Origin: Conexivisphaerales archaeon
Lineage (GTDB): Archaea > Thermoproteota > Nitrososphaeria > Conexivisphaerales > DTJL01
Length of the DNA stretch: 10,970 nt
Reading direction: 5' to 3'
Assembly (NCBI GenBank): GCA_049509455.1
Contig: JBEKZX010000053.1
Location: forward strand, 1 to 10,970
Positions 1 to 7,791 of the stretch are shown here, piece after piece. Position 1 is the first letter of the stretch; every line of letters starts with the position of its first letter. The position numbers were made by a program, and so were the translations under genes. The notes beneath the pieces are model-generated. The model saw only the letters and a program-made list of their open reading frames with translations, did no database searches and was not told the origin of the DNA.

Positions 1-372
1 GGCTACAAGAACCGGCGGATCACCTATTCGGTCGACGGTGCCCAAGAGAGGACCGAGGTCCTCAACAACTTTGTCGTGGCCAACGGCCGATTCTTCGGAG
101 GGGGCTTGAACCCGGCCCCCGACGCCCTGTTGGACGACGGGCTCATGGACATCGTGACCTTGGGAGACCTCCGTTTCAGGGAGGTTCTCTTCAACATCGG
201 GAAGCTTAGGGATGGCACCTACCTGTCTAACCCCAAGGTCAAGCTGGTCAGGGGGAAGAGGATCGTCGCCCGGTCAGAGGAGAAGGTCCTCATCGACGAA
301 GACGGAGAGATGGTGGGCGGACTCCCCGCCGAGTTCGAAGTCGTTCCCCAATCCATCTCCGTCATATGCTAA
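1..372 (+). CDS. Diacylglycerol kinase family (YegS/BmrU-like) lipid kinase, C-terminal part; 5' end lies outside the window
   Basis: Frame 1 is open from base 1 to TAA at 370-372. It contains NGRFFGGG, P-x-A-x-x-DDGLMD and the terminal DEDGE motif typical of the DAGK/YegS C-terminal domain. Confidence 0.88.
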   Translation, partial: GYKNRRITYSVDGAQERTEVLNNFVVANGRFFGGGLNPAPDALLDDGLMDIVTLGDLRFREVLFNIGKLRDGTYLSNPKVKLVRGKRIVARSEEKVLIDEDGEMVGGLPAEFEVVPQSISVIC

Positions 373-438
373 ATGGAATGTTCTTTGCCGGCAGCATACC
401 CCCGACGGAGGTTTCATGAAAAGGGGCGGCGAGGCTTG

Positions 439-1134
439 TTACGCGCGGTGGACTTCGAATTCGCAGTATCGTTCCCCGTTGGCCTGGCACGCCACGTTCT
501 CAATGACGAGCTTTCCCCGGGTTGCCTCCATCTGGCCGTCTCTGAGGCCTTCCTCTAGGATATGGCAAACGAGAGTCGGATACTTGACCGCCAGCTCTTT
601 GAAGGGACAGCTGAAGATCCTGTAGACGAGGCGGTCGGTGCTCTCCTCGACGATCTCCGGCTCACCCGCAGACTCGGCGAGCGATCTGTTAACGTAGAGC
701 TCCTTGTACTTGCCGACGGACCAGTCGGAGATGCCTTTCTCGGCGGCAGCCTTCGTAAGCACGTCGCTCCCATTCTTGTGGCCGATCTCCCACAGCGCCT
801 TCTTGAACAGCTCCTCGCCCATCATGCTCTGGAAGGTGATAATCATGTCGTCAGCGAACTTCTGGTACTCCCTCTTCGGGAAGGTTAGAAGTGGAGGGTG
901 CTCGCTCACCTTGTAGTAAGCCTTCGGCTTCCCCCTCCTCCCCTTGACTTCATACCTTTCGATGAGGCCAACGCTCTCGAGTGCCTTCATGTGGTACCGG
1001 ACGGTGAACATCCCCAGAGAGAGCTTGTCGGCTATCTCCTTGATGCCCTTGGGACCTCCATACAGCAATCTGAATATCTCTAGCCGCGACTTGCTGGTCA
1101 ACACACGGTAGACTTCTACTTCATCAACTGACAT
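439..1134 (-). CDS. ArsR-type HTH transcriptional regulator with C-terminal V4R-like ligand-binding domain
   Basis: The N-terminus (SRLEIFRLL...KEIADKLSLGMFTVRYHMKALESVGLI...GKPKAYY) is a winged HTH. The C-terminus has CPF, VC and C-x-x-x-G-x-x-x-CEF cysteine motifs of V4R type. ATG at 1134 is preferred over TTG at 1164, which lies only 7 nt from the TATA box. Confidence 0.85.
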   Translation of the reverse strand: MSVDEVEVYRVLTSKSRLEIFRLLYGGPKGIKEIADKLSLGMFTVRYHMKALESVGLIERYEVKGRRGKPKAYYKVSEHPPLLTFPKREYQKFADDMIITFQSMMGEELFKKALWEIGHKNGSDVLTKAAAEKGISDWSVGKYKELYVNRSLAESAGEPEIVEESTDRLVYRIFSCPFKELAVKYPTLVCHILEEGLRDGQMEATRGKLVIENVACQANGERYCEFEVHRA

Positions 1135-1170
1135 GAGCTTTTGATGACCTATTTCTATAACCAAATCTCA

Positions 1171-1178
1171 CTATATAA
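1171..1178 (-). promoter_or_regulatory. TATA box candidate for the ArsR/V4R gene
   Basis: TTATATAG on the minus strand, 37 nt upstream of ATG 1134, in an AT-rich intergenic region. Confidence 0.55.
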
Positions 1179-1209
1179 GAGTAATGACGGCGTACTTTGC
1201 GCAATTATA

Positions 1210-1263
1210 ACGGCTCGTGTATTATATAGAATATGAAATGTAGTCAGATTTACAACGAGCCGT
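1210..1263. repeat. Inverted repeat with 9-bp arms flanking a TATA-like core
   Basis: ACGGCTCGT (1210-1218) and ACGAGCCGT (1255-1263) are exact reverse complements. The match extends inward by GTA/TAC with a 1-nt gap. The 36-nt spacer contains TTATATAG (1222-1229). Confidence 0.7.
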
Positions 1264-1378
1264 AAAGATTTCTTGCTCAAAATGGCGATAGTCGTAGTTA
1301 TTCTAATGCCTCAGCGCGACATCTGACAATTGCCGGCTCTATCAATGGACTGCGACCCTAGACGGCCCGGCTGTCGGC

Positions 1379-1804
1379 CTACTTGACCACCAGCACGGGA
1401 CACTTCGAGAACCGGGCCACCCTCTCGGAAACGCTTCCCATGAGGAGCCTTTCGAGGGTTCCCGTGCCCCTGCTGCCTACTACCACCAAGTCGGCGCCCT
1501 CCTTCCCTGCCGTGTCGAGAATCCCCTGCGCCGGCTCCCCGGTAAGAAGCACTGTCCTGGCTGTGACCCCAGCCTCCGAAGCCATGGTGGCGCACTTGGC
1601 CAGGGACTGCTTTCCTTCCTCCTCCAATTTGTTGAAGACCTCCAACGAGCCCAAGACGTCGTAGCTGTAGGAAGTTATGGGGATGTGCACGACATAGACG
1701 ACGATGAGCTCCGACGAGAGCTGCTTCGCGAGCTGAACGGCATGCTCGAGCGCCCTCAGGGAGTTCGGGGAGCCGTCCACGCCGGTCACGATCTTCTGGT
1801 ACAT
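1379..1804 (-). CDS. uspA: Universal stress protein (UspA family)
   Basis: Motifs IVTGVDGSPNS, GEPAQGI, the ATP-binding G-x2-G-x9-GS (GSRGTGTLERLLMGS) and terminal PVLVV. The start at ATG 1804 is supported by TTTATG 28 nt upstream. Confidence 0.95.
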   Translation of the reverse strand: MYQKIVTGVDGSPNSLRALEHAVQLAKQLSSELIVVYVVHIPITSYSYDVLGSLEVFNKLEEEGKQSLAKCATMASEAGVTARTVLLTGEPAQGILDTAGKEGADLVVVGSRGTGTLERLLMGSVSERVARFSKCPVLVVK

Positions 1805-1831
1805 CCTACCCGTAATGAGCCCTCTCCGACT

Positions 1832-1837
1832 CATAAA
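1832..1837 (-). promoter_or_regulatory. TATA box candidate for uspA (leaderless)
   Basis: TTTATG on the minus strand, 28 nt upstream of ATG 1804. Confidence 0.45.
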
Positions 1838-1942
1838 CATGATGAGCCTACCAGAAGATACGCAAGGCTAATCTAGTCTGTGTTTTCCGTTGCCTTACGA
1901 TATGACCGAGACTAGGCACGGGAGCAAGGAGGGGAAGAATTC

Positions 1943-2260
1943 GTGACCGCCGCTGACACCTCTGACGCGGCGCCCGGAGAGCCCGCCGTCCATTTGGTAC
2001 CGCTTGAGGTGAAGAACCGTTACCAATCGAAGCCGCTCCTAATCTACCCTCCCGGCCACGGCTACATCACTGTCTGGAGTAAGGCCGACCAGTCCGAGTT
2101 CTTCGTAGCGGGGAAGTACCTTCACACCGTTCAGGTCGGAGAGAAGGTCGTCGCTCTCGCCTACAGCAAGCTGACCAGGGAGGAGGCGGACCTCGTCGAG
2201 CAACATATACGCGTGGCCATGAAGGTCGAGAACCCGATCATAAAATACTACAGCGATTGA
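1943..2260 (+). CDS. Hypothetical protein, 105 aa
   Basis: Fills the gap between uspA and the SRPBCC gene without overlap. It has protein-like composition, host-like codon usage and a purine-rich GGAGGGG upstream of the GTG. No family recognised. Confidence 0.7.
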   Translation: MTAADTSDAAPGEPAVHLVPLEVKNRYQSKPLLIYPPGHGYITVWSKADQSEFFVAGKYLHTVQVGEKVVALAYSKLTREEADLVEQHIRVAMKVENPIIKYYSD

Positions 2261-2300
2261 CGCCGTTCGAAAAGAAGCGAGAGCTTGGCCCTGCAGTCCT

Positions 2301-2720
2301 TCAAGGTACCACCCGCTTCTTTGTCAGGAGGTACTTCTTCAGAGGGTCCCAGTAAGAGTCGATCCATCCCTGCCTGTAGGCTTCGGCCTGAGAGGTAGGA
2401 ACCTTCGAATGGACCATCGCAAGCTTGGTCCCTCCCTTTGACCGGGTCAAAGTGACGTCGACCTGTGAGGGTGGATATCCCACCGGCCACTCCGTAGTAG
2501 TCCACTCCCACACGATCCTGCTCCCCCTGACGAGGTCGAGATACTTCCCGAAGATGTAGCCGTCCCAGGCCGTGAAGGCGCCGCCTACCTTGGCTTCCCC
2601 GGTCGCCGGCGCGCCGGTCACGGCTGCGTGCTTCTTGGGGTCGACCAGAGCCTCGTAGACCGCCTTCGGCGTCCCCGGGAGGACGACCTCCTGTCTTATG
2701 GTCGTCGTGCTAAGCTTCAT
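2301..2720 (-). CDS. AHSA1-like START/SRPBCC domain protein
   Basis: P-x-x-VYEALVD, GGAFTAWDGYIFG, RIVWEW, T-x-L-x-M-x-H and GW-x-x-x-YW motifs are characteristic of Aha1 C-terminal-like SRPBCC proteins. Confidence 0.9.
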   Translation of the reverse strand: MKLSTTTIRQEVVLPGTPKAVYEALVDPKKHAAVTGAPATGEAKVGGAFTAWDGYIFGKYLDLVRGSRIVWEWTTTEWPVGYPPSQVDVTLTRSKGGTKLAMVHSKVPTSQAEAYRQGWIDSYWDPLKKYLLTKKRVVP

Positions 2721-2746
2721 CAGGTGAATAGCCGGCCGCCAACTGC

Positions 2747-2752
2747 CTTAAA
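2747..2752 (-). promoter_or_regulatory. TATA box candidate for the SRPBCC gene (leaderless)
   Basis: TTTAAG on the minus strand, 27 nt upstream of ATG 2720. Confidence 0.5.
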
Positions 2753-2818
2753 GCTTCCCCATCTAATCTCCTCGACGCAGCCCTGTGTGACTTGAGTAAC
2801 TGTCTGGTCCTTGGAGAG

Positions 2819-2834
2819 ATATCGCATTCGATAT
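2819..2834. promoter_or_regulatory. Palindromic operator candidate upstream of padR
   Basis: ATATCG-catt-CGATAT is a perfect 6-4-6 inverted repeat, 15 nt upstream of the padR TATA box. Confidence 0.55.
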
Positions 2835-2848
2835 ACCTTTAGATATAG

Positions 2849-2855
2849 TTAAATA
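2849..2855 (+). promoter_or_regulatory. TATA box candidate for the padR-ABC operon
   Basis: TTAAATA, 25 nt upstream of ATG 2880. Confidence 0.6.
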
Positions 2856-2879
2856 CAGCTCGAAATATGGCTGTGTCCT

Positions 2880-3518
2880 ATGCCGAAAAAAGCATCAAAG
2901 CCCCCCGCCGCAGAGGGACGGGCCGAAGACGGGTTCATGAAACCCCAGGGGGCCCCTAGGGGCCTGCTGCACTTCTACGCCCTCTGGAAGATCGCTGGCA
3001 AGCCGATGAGTGGCTACCAGCTGATGCAGGATATCGAAGCCAAGACGGAAGGAGCGTGGCGCCCTGGACCCGGTGCCATCTACCCCATCCTGAAGAAGTT
3101 GGCTGAGAAGGGTTACATCAGAGAGACGAAGGGGGAGAGGAAGGGCTCTTCTCAGACGGTCTACGAGATAACCGCTTCTGGCAGGAACAGTATCGCGGCC
3201 GCAAGGAAGGCCTTCAGGTCGTCCGGCGAACGGTGGACACTGATGCGGCGAGTGTTCTCCGATCTTATGGAGCCAGAGGATCTGAACAGGTTCGTCTTAG
3301 AATCTCCTTATAGGCACTTCGAATTCGTCCACGAACTGATGTTATCCAACGGCCACAGGATAAGCCAAGAAGACAAGCTCTACCTCCTCCGCCAGTACAA
3401 CCTGCTCCTGGAGAGGGAGCTCAGTTGGAGCGAGAAGACTCTCAAGACGCTCGCGGGGAGCGGATCCTTGAAGGCGCCGGCCGCGGAGGCACAGGCCTTG
3501 GAGGCGAACCAACGATGA
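2880..3518 (+). CDS. PadR-family transcriptional regulator
   Basis: Motif PMSGYQLMQDIEAKTEGAWRPGPGAIYPILKKLAEKGYI followed by YEITASG is the PadR winged HTH. It is coupled to the next gene by an ATGA overlap. Confidence 0.93.
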   Translation: MPKKASKPPAAEGRAEDGFMKPQGAPRGLLHFYALWKIAGKPMSGYQLMQDIEAKTEGAWRPGPGAIYPILKKLAEKGYIRETKGERKGSSQTVYEITASGRNSIAAARKAFRSSGERWTLMRRVFSDLMEPEDLNRFVLESPYRHFEFVHELMLSNGHRISQEDKLYLLRQYNLLLERELSWSEKTLKTLAGSGSLKAPAAEAQALEANQR

Positions 3519-4558
3519 CAGAGAACGTCCTGGTGACCCCCGACCGGAAAGCCGCCACCAACGTGCTCGTATCAGTCGAAGGTCTGACCAAGTCATTCAA
3601 CGCAGCGGTCAAGGCGGTGGACTCTGTCAGCTTCCAAATCTACGAAGGCGAAATCTTCGGCTTCCTCGGGCCCAACGGAGCCGGCAAGAGCACCACGATC
3701 AACATGCTCACCACTATACTCACGCCCACCTCGGGGACCGCCACCATCTGCGGATTCGACATCGTCAAGGACGCGATGGAGGTCCGAAGGTCCGTGGGCG
3801 TGGTGCCGCAGGAGTACACGGCCGACGAGGACCTTTCCGGCATTGAGAATGTCTTGCTCTGCGCGGACCTCTACGGCATCCCCCGTTCAGTTTCCAAGCC
3901 CAGGGCCAATGAGCTCCTCAGTCTGGTCGAGCTCGACTCCGCCGCCAAGAGGAAGGTGGACACCTATTCTGGAGGCATGAGAAGGAGGCTGGAGCTCGCC
4001 TGCGGCCTGATAAGCAGGCCCAGGCTGCTCTTCCTAGACGAGCCCACCCTCGGCTTGGACGTCCAGACGAGAACCGCGGTATGGGACTACATCAAGAAGC
4101 TGAAGGCCGAGTATAATATGACCCTGTTCATGACCACCCACTACCTCGAAGAGGCCGACGCCATGTGCGACCGGATCGCCATCATCGACCAAGGGAAGAT
4201 CCTGAAGATGGGTACGCCAAAGGAGCTGAAGGACAGCCTCGGCGGCGACGTCATCGAGATAGCCGTAAAAGAGGACTCTGAGGACTTGTCCTCCATCCTC
4301 TCCAAGGTCAGCTTGGTCAAGGAAGTCAAGAAGGAGGACCACACCTATCGCATCATGGCCGAGCTCGGAGAGGAGGCCGCTCCCGAAATCATTGAAGCCG
4401 TCAGAGACAAGGGTCTACATATCTCAAGGATTTCGGTCACGAAGCCCACGCTGGACGAAGTTTACCTGGCAATAACAGGCCGCCGCATACGCGACGAGCA
4501 GGCCAACTGGGAGGACACGATGAGCACGCGCATGACCATGTCGAGGGCGAGGAGGTAG
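3515..4558 (+). CDS. ABC transporter ATP-binding protein, DrrA/multidrug exporter type
   Basis: Walker A GPNGAGKST, signature YSGGMRRR, Walker B LFLDE, H-loop TTH, and a C-terminal P(T)LDEVYL-x-x-TG extension. ATG 3515 overlaps the padR TGA. Confidence 0.96.
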   Translation: MTENVLVTPDRKAATNVLVSVEGLTKSFNAAVKAVDSVSFQIYEGEIFGFLGPNGAGKSTTINMLTTILTPTSGTATICGFDIVKDAMEVRRSVGVVPQEYTADEDLSGIENVLLCADLYGIPRSVSKPRANELLSLVELDSAAKRKVDTYSGGMRRRLELACGLISRPRLLFLDEPTLGLDVQTRTAVWDYIKKLKAEYNMTLFMTTHYLEEADAMCDRIAIIDQGKILKMGTPKELKDSLGGDVIEIAVKEDSEDLSSILSKVSLVKEVKKEDHTYRIMAELGEEAAPEIIEAVRDKGLHISRISVTKPTLDEVYLAITGRRIRDEQANWEDTMSTRMTMSRARR

Positions 4559-4560
4559 AG

Positions 4561-5469
4561 GTGACAGACATGAGCAACCTTCCTGCGAAGGAACCATCTG
4601 ACACTAAGCTCAACACGAGCCCGCTCCACGGGGTCTGGGCGATGACGAACAGGGAGCTGAAGAAATGGTACAAGGCGCCTTTCGTCCTCGGCATGTCGCT
4701 CGTCCAGCCCTTCATCTGGATGGGACTTTTCGGGAAGGCAATGAATATCAGCGCCATCTTCACGGGCAGCTCCTTCAATATACCCGGCCTCAATATCCCG
4801 CAGTCGGTGCTGAACACCCTGGCCAAGACCATGATGCAGACCACCTTCGGCACGTCGGACTACTTCTCCTACCTAGCCGTCGGGATGCTCTCCTTCATAA
4901 CGCTCTTCACGGCAATGTTCACGGGTATGTCCATCGTCTGGGACAGGAGATTCGGGATCCTGAACAAGTTCCTCAGCACCCCGATTTCGCGCAACGTCAT
5001 ACCAGTGAGCAAGGTGCTGAACTCCGCGATCAGGGGGATCATCCAAGCGGCGATCGTGCTGATGATCGCAGTGCTCCTGGGGATGAACGTCTCCAAACTC
5101 TCCGTGCTGGGGATAGCGGGGACTTTCGTTGCCCTAGCTCTGATGCTGATCGGCTTCGGTTCCCTTTTCGTCACCCTAGCGCTTAGGGCAACAAGTTGGG
5201 AGACCCAGATGGCGCTGATGAACCTACTGAACCTCCCGCTACTCTTCGCCAGTAACGCCATGTTCCCGGTCTCATTCATGCCCAGCTGGCTACAGCCGGT
5301 GGTCAGGATCAACCCTGTGAGCTACGCCGCCGACATCAGCAGGCAGCTACTTCTCGGGTCTGCCGCCACTCTGTACTCGGTACCTCTGGAGTTCCTGTAT
5401 CTGGGTGGCTTCGCCATCCTCATGGCCATCATCGGTCAGGTCTTGGCCCGCAGGCTGCTGTCGAGGTAG
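4561..5469 (+). CDS. ABC-2 type transporter permease, DrrB type
   Basis: Multiple hydrophobic segments plus WDRRFGILNKFLSTPISR and NP(V)SYA motifs. It lies 2 nt after the ATPase. Alternative start is ATG 4570. Confidence 0.93.
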   Translation: MTDMSNLPAKEPSDTKLNTSPLHGVWAMTNRELKKWYKAPFVLGMSLVQPFIWMGLFGKAMNISAIFTGSSFNIPGLNIPQSVLNTLAKTMMQTTFGTSDYFSYLAVGMLSFITLFTAMFTGMSIVWDRRFGILNKFLSTPISRNVIPVSKVLNSAIRGIIQAAIVLMIAVLLGMNVSKLSVLGIAGTFVALALMLIGFGSLFVTLALRATSWETQMALMNLLNLPLLFASNAMFPVSFMPSWLQPVVRINPVSYAADISRQLLLGSAATLYSVPLEFLYLGGFAILMAIIGQVLARRLLSR

Positions 5470-5550
5470 GGAGTCGGCGCGGCGGCGGCCGCACAAGGCT
5501 GGGTCCAGGGGGCAGGCAGCGGCCCCCGAGGCCTCCCGTTACTCTGCGCG

Positions 5551-5556
5551 TTTTTT
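5551..5556 (+). terminator. Oligo(T) terminator candidate for the ABC operon
   Basis: A T6 run 82 nt after the permease stop, in otherwise GC-rich sequence. Confidence 0.3.
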
Positions 5557-5593
5557 GTATCCAAAGCGCCCAGCCGCAGGTATGCCTGTTCAA

Positions 5594-5647
5594 CCTAGTG
5601 ATGGCCGACAGGTGTGCTTGAACGTGAAGGAGGATGCACGTGATAGG
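5594..5647 (+). ncRNA. Possible C/D box guide sRNA (degenerate boxes)
   Basis: Layout CCTA-GTGATGG(C)-13 nt-TTGA(D')-AC-GTGAAGG(C')-9 nt-GTGA(D)-TAGG with a 4-bp terminal stem and a total of 54 nt. The D box is not the canonical CTGA. Confidence 0.2.
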
Positions 5648-5718
5648 AGTTCGTCCTCGTCACGCTAACCCTAAATACCGTCATCGCCCATTCTGACCGC
5701 AACGCACCTGAGCAAGAC

Positions 5719-6792
5719 ATGAGATTCCTCTTCGGCGTGTGCTCTTGGGGCTTGGGGCACGCCACTCGCACCCTTCCCATAATTCGGAAGACCATCGAAG
5801 AGGGCAACGAAGTGATCGTCGTCTCGAGCGGGAGGGCCCTGAACATGTTGAAGCAGGAGCTAGGTTCAGGCCCCATCTTCGCCCTCCTGGACGACTACCA
5901 ACCTCCCCCAACGCTCAATCCGAGCCTGCTGGTCCTGGAAGCTCTCCTCAACTTCCCCGTCTATGTCACGGATATGTTCCGAGAGCATGATTTCGTGAGG
6001 AGGCTCATAGCTCGGTCAAAGGTGGACGTGATATTCTCTGACAACCGCTTCGGCTTCTATTCCCGGGACGTCCCCAGCTACTTCATGAGCCATCAGCTTA
6101 GGATACTCAACCCCCTTAGGTCGAGGGTCCTCGAAGATGGGACTGAAATCTACAACAAGTACTTCCTGAACCGCTGCGCTGGCGTGCTGGTCCCTGACTT
6201 CGCGGAGGACGGCCTAGCGGGGAGGCTCGCCCATGACCTTTCCATCATCGATGAGAAACATCTCAGCTACATCGGCGTTCTCTCGGAGTTCAGCTACCGC
6301 CCCATGGCGCAGGACGTGGACGTGTTCGTCTCCATTTCCGGTCCCGAGCCCCAGAGGAGCGCCTTCGAAGGGCTGGTCAGGAGGGAGTTGAAGGGTTACG
6401 AAGGAAGGGTGATCATCTCGCTGGGGAAGCCCGAGGACAAAGGCGACCGCAGCACAGACTTCTTGGGGTACGTGGGGAGAACGGAGAGAGAGGAGCTCCT
6501 TAACAGGTCCAAGATTGTAGTCGCTCGATCCGGCTACTCGACCCTCATGGACCTCTGCGTGCTGCGAAAGAAGGGCTTCCTGGTGCCTACGCCGGGCCAG
6601 TTGGAGCAGGAGTACCTCGCCGGATACCACATGAAAAATAGGAGCTTCTATTGCGTCGAGGAAAAGGACTTGGACCTGCAGCGTCAGCTCGAGGAGGCCA
6701 TGTCTTACAGGGTCCCGGAGCTGAAGTACTCCACCGAGCGGGCCGTGGAGAGGGCCTTCGACGTCATCACAGAGACGGCGAGGCCCGCCTGA
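5719..6792 (+). CDS. GT-B glycosyltransferase, MJ1255/GT28-C-like
   Basis: N-terminal WGLGHATR, FSDNRFG and SISGPEPQR motifs, and C-terminal ARSGYSTLMDL...PTPGQLEQEYLA UDP-sugar binding segment. TAAATA lies at 5672-5677. Confidence 0.88.
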   Translation: MRFLFGVCSWGLGHATRTLPIIRKTIEEGNEVIVVSSGRALNMLKQELGSGPIFALLDDYQPPPTLNPSLLVLEALLNFPVYVTDMFREHDFVRRLIARSKVDVIFSDNRFGFYSRDVPSYFMSHQLRILNPLRSRVLEDGTEIYNKYFLNRCAGVLVPDFAEDGLAGRLAHDLSIIDEKHLSYIGVLSEFSYRPMAQDVDVFVSISGPEPQRSAFEGLVRRELKGYEGRVIISLGKPEDKGDRSTDFLGYVGRTEREELLNRSKIVVARSGYSTLMDLCVLRKKGFLVPTPGQLEQEYLAGYHMKNRSFYCVEEKDLDLQRQLEEAMSYRVPELKYSTERAVERAFDVITETARPA

Positions 6793-6802
6793 CCTGCGGC
6801 CT

Positions 6803-7768
6803 CTACAGCATGTCGGCAAAGTAAGGCTTTAGGGCGGAGATGCCGCTCCGGATCGAAAGGAAGGAGTCCGTCGCGAAATACTGGTACCAATGGCAGTTTA
6901 CGTCGCAGGCCTTCATCTTCTCCCTGCATTCTCTCGCTTTCTCAGTGCCTATGAAGCCCATGAGGGGCTCCTCAGAGGCGTCGATGCTCTTCTCCATCAG
7001 CGTCCGGCAAGGATAGTAGAGCCGCGCGTCGGAGTCGATGATGACTGAAGCCGCGTTGCAGCCGTGCGGCGCATCAAGGGTCCTAAGGTACTTGTCAGTG
7101 GTGATGATGGTACTGGGATACCTCTGTTTCAGCCTGAACACTTCGTTCCTGAACGCCCTAGTGTCGGGTAAGAAGTCGTCCGTCCCGGGGAGGTGGCAGG
7201 CCGGCATCACCACCGCCTTCGCCCCCGCATCGTAGCACTCCTTGATCTTCGACTCCAAGTCCGGGAGGTGCTCCCGGGTCACGACTATTTGCACGCACAC
7301 TATGGGACCCCAGGACGCGAACTCTGGGAGGCGTTCGTAGAGGTCGAGGTTTTTATGGCCTTCGTCGATGCTGACATGCAGAAAGTCAATGAGCTTGGCA
7401 TATTCCTTCATGGGCCTCCTGTCGAACAACTTCCCACTCGTCGTGAAGAGGAGGTAGAGCGGCTTCGTCCTCGCGTGCTCCAGGATCTCTCCGATATCGC
7501 TCCGCAGGAGAGGTTCGCCACCTTCGATGCTGAGGAGCACGACGCTCGACTTCGCCACGTTATCGATCACCCTGAGGACCTTCTCCGTGGGCATGTCGGG
7601 CGCCGGCGATCTCCAGACGTTGCAGAACTCGCACCTCGAGTCACATCGCTGCAGTACCTTGAAGGAGCAATAGAAGGGGTAGCGGAAGTCCTTCGCCTCG
7701 TAATCGGCGTAGGCGTACTTCATCGTCGCTAGGTACTTGCTCGCGGGCAGGAGCCTGACGCGCGGCAT
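6803..7768 (-). CDS. Radical SAM enzyme with C-terminal SPASM/Twitch-like cysteine domain
   Basis: CxxxCxxC (CDSRCEFC), GGEP and VSIDEG motifs. The C-terminus has GC...YYPC...EC...CDVNC. There is no N-terminal cobalamin-binding domain. Alternative start is the Met of MKYAY. Confidence 0.92.
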   Translation of the reverse strand: MPRVRLLPASKYLATMKYAYADYEAKDFRYPFYCSFKVLQRCDSRCEFCNVWRSPAPDMPTEKVLRVIDNVAKSSVVLLSIEGGEPLLRSDIGEILEHARTKPLYLLFTTSGKLFDRRPMKEYAKLIDFLHVSIDEGHKNLDLYERLPEFASWGPIVCVQIVVTREHLPDLESKIKECYDAGAKAVVMPACHLPGTDDFLPDTRAFRNEVFRLKQRYPSTIITTDKYLRTLDAPHGCNAASVIIDSDARLYYPCRTLMEKSIDASEEPLMGFIGTEKARECREKMKACDVNCHWYQYFATDSFLSIRSGISALKPYFADML

Positions 7769-7791
7769 GCAAGCTCTGAAAGACTATTCGT

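Noticed and set aside
3425-3514. Longer starts from the ORF track (3425, also 1164, 1840, 10410)
   Set aside because: The extensions overlap the upstream gene or lie at the TATA box. Shorter starts fit the promoter spacing and family length.
4665-5312. Alternative-frame and antisense ORFs within the permease
   Set aside because: They lie entirely inside a confident gene and have Arg/Pro/His-rich composition typical of off-frame GC-rich DNA.
6214-6819. 201-aa minus-strand ORF
   Set aside because: Antisense to the well-supported glycosyltransferase, with no recognisable motifs.
7193-7732. 179-aa plus-strand ORF
   Set aside because: Antisense shadow of the radical SAM gene.
6803-7768. Radical SAM as Cds, GrsA/B or Tes
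   Set aside because: Too short, and it lacks the N-terminal cobalamin-binding or extra domains of those enzymes.
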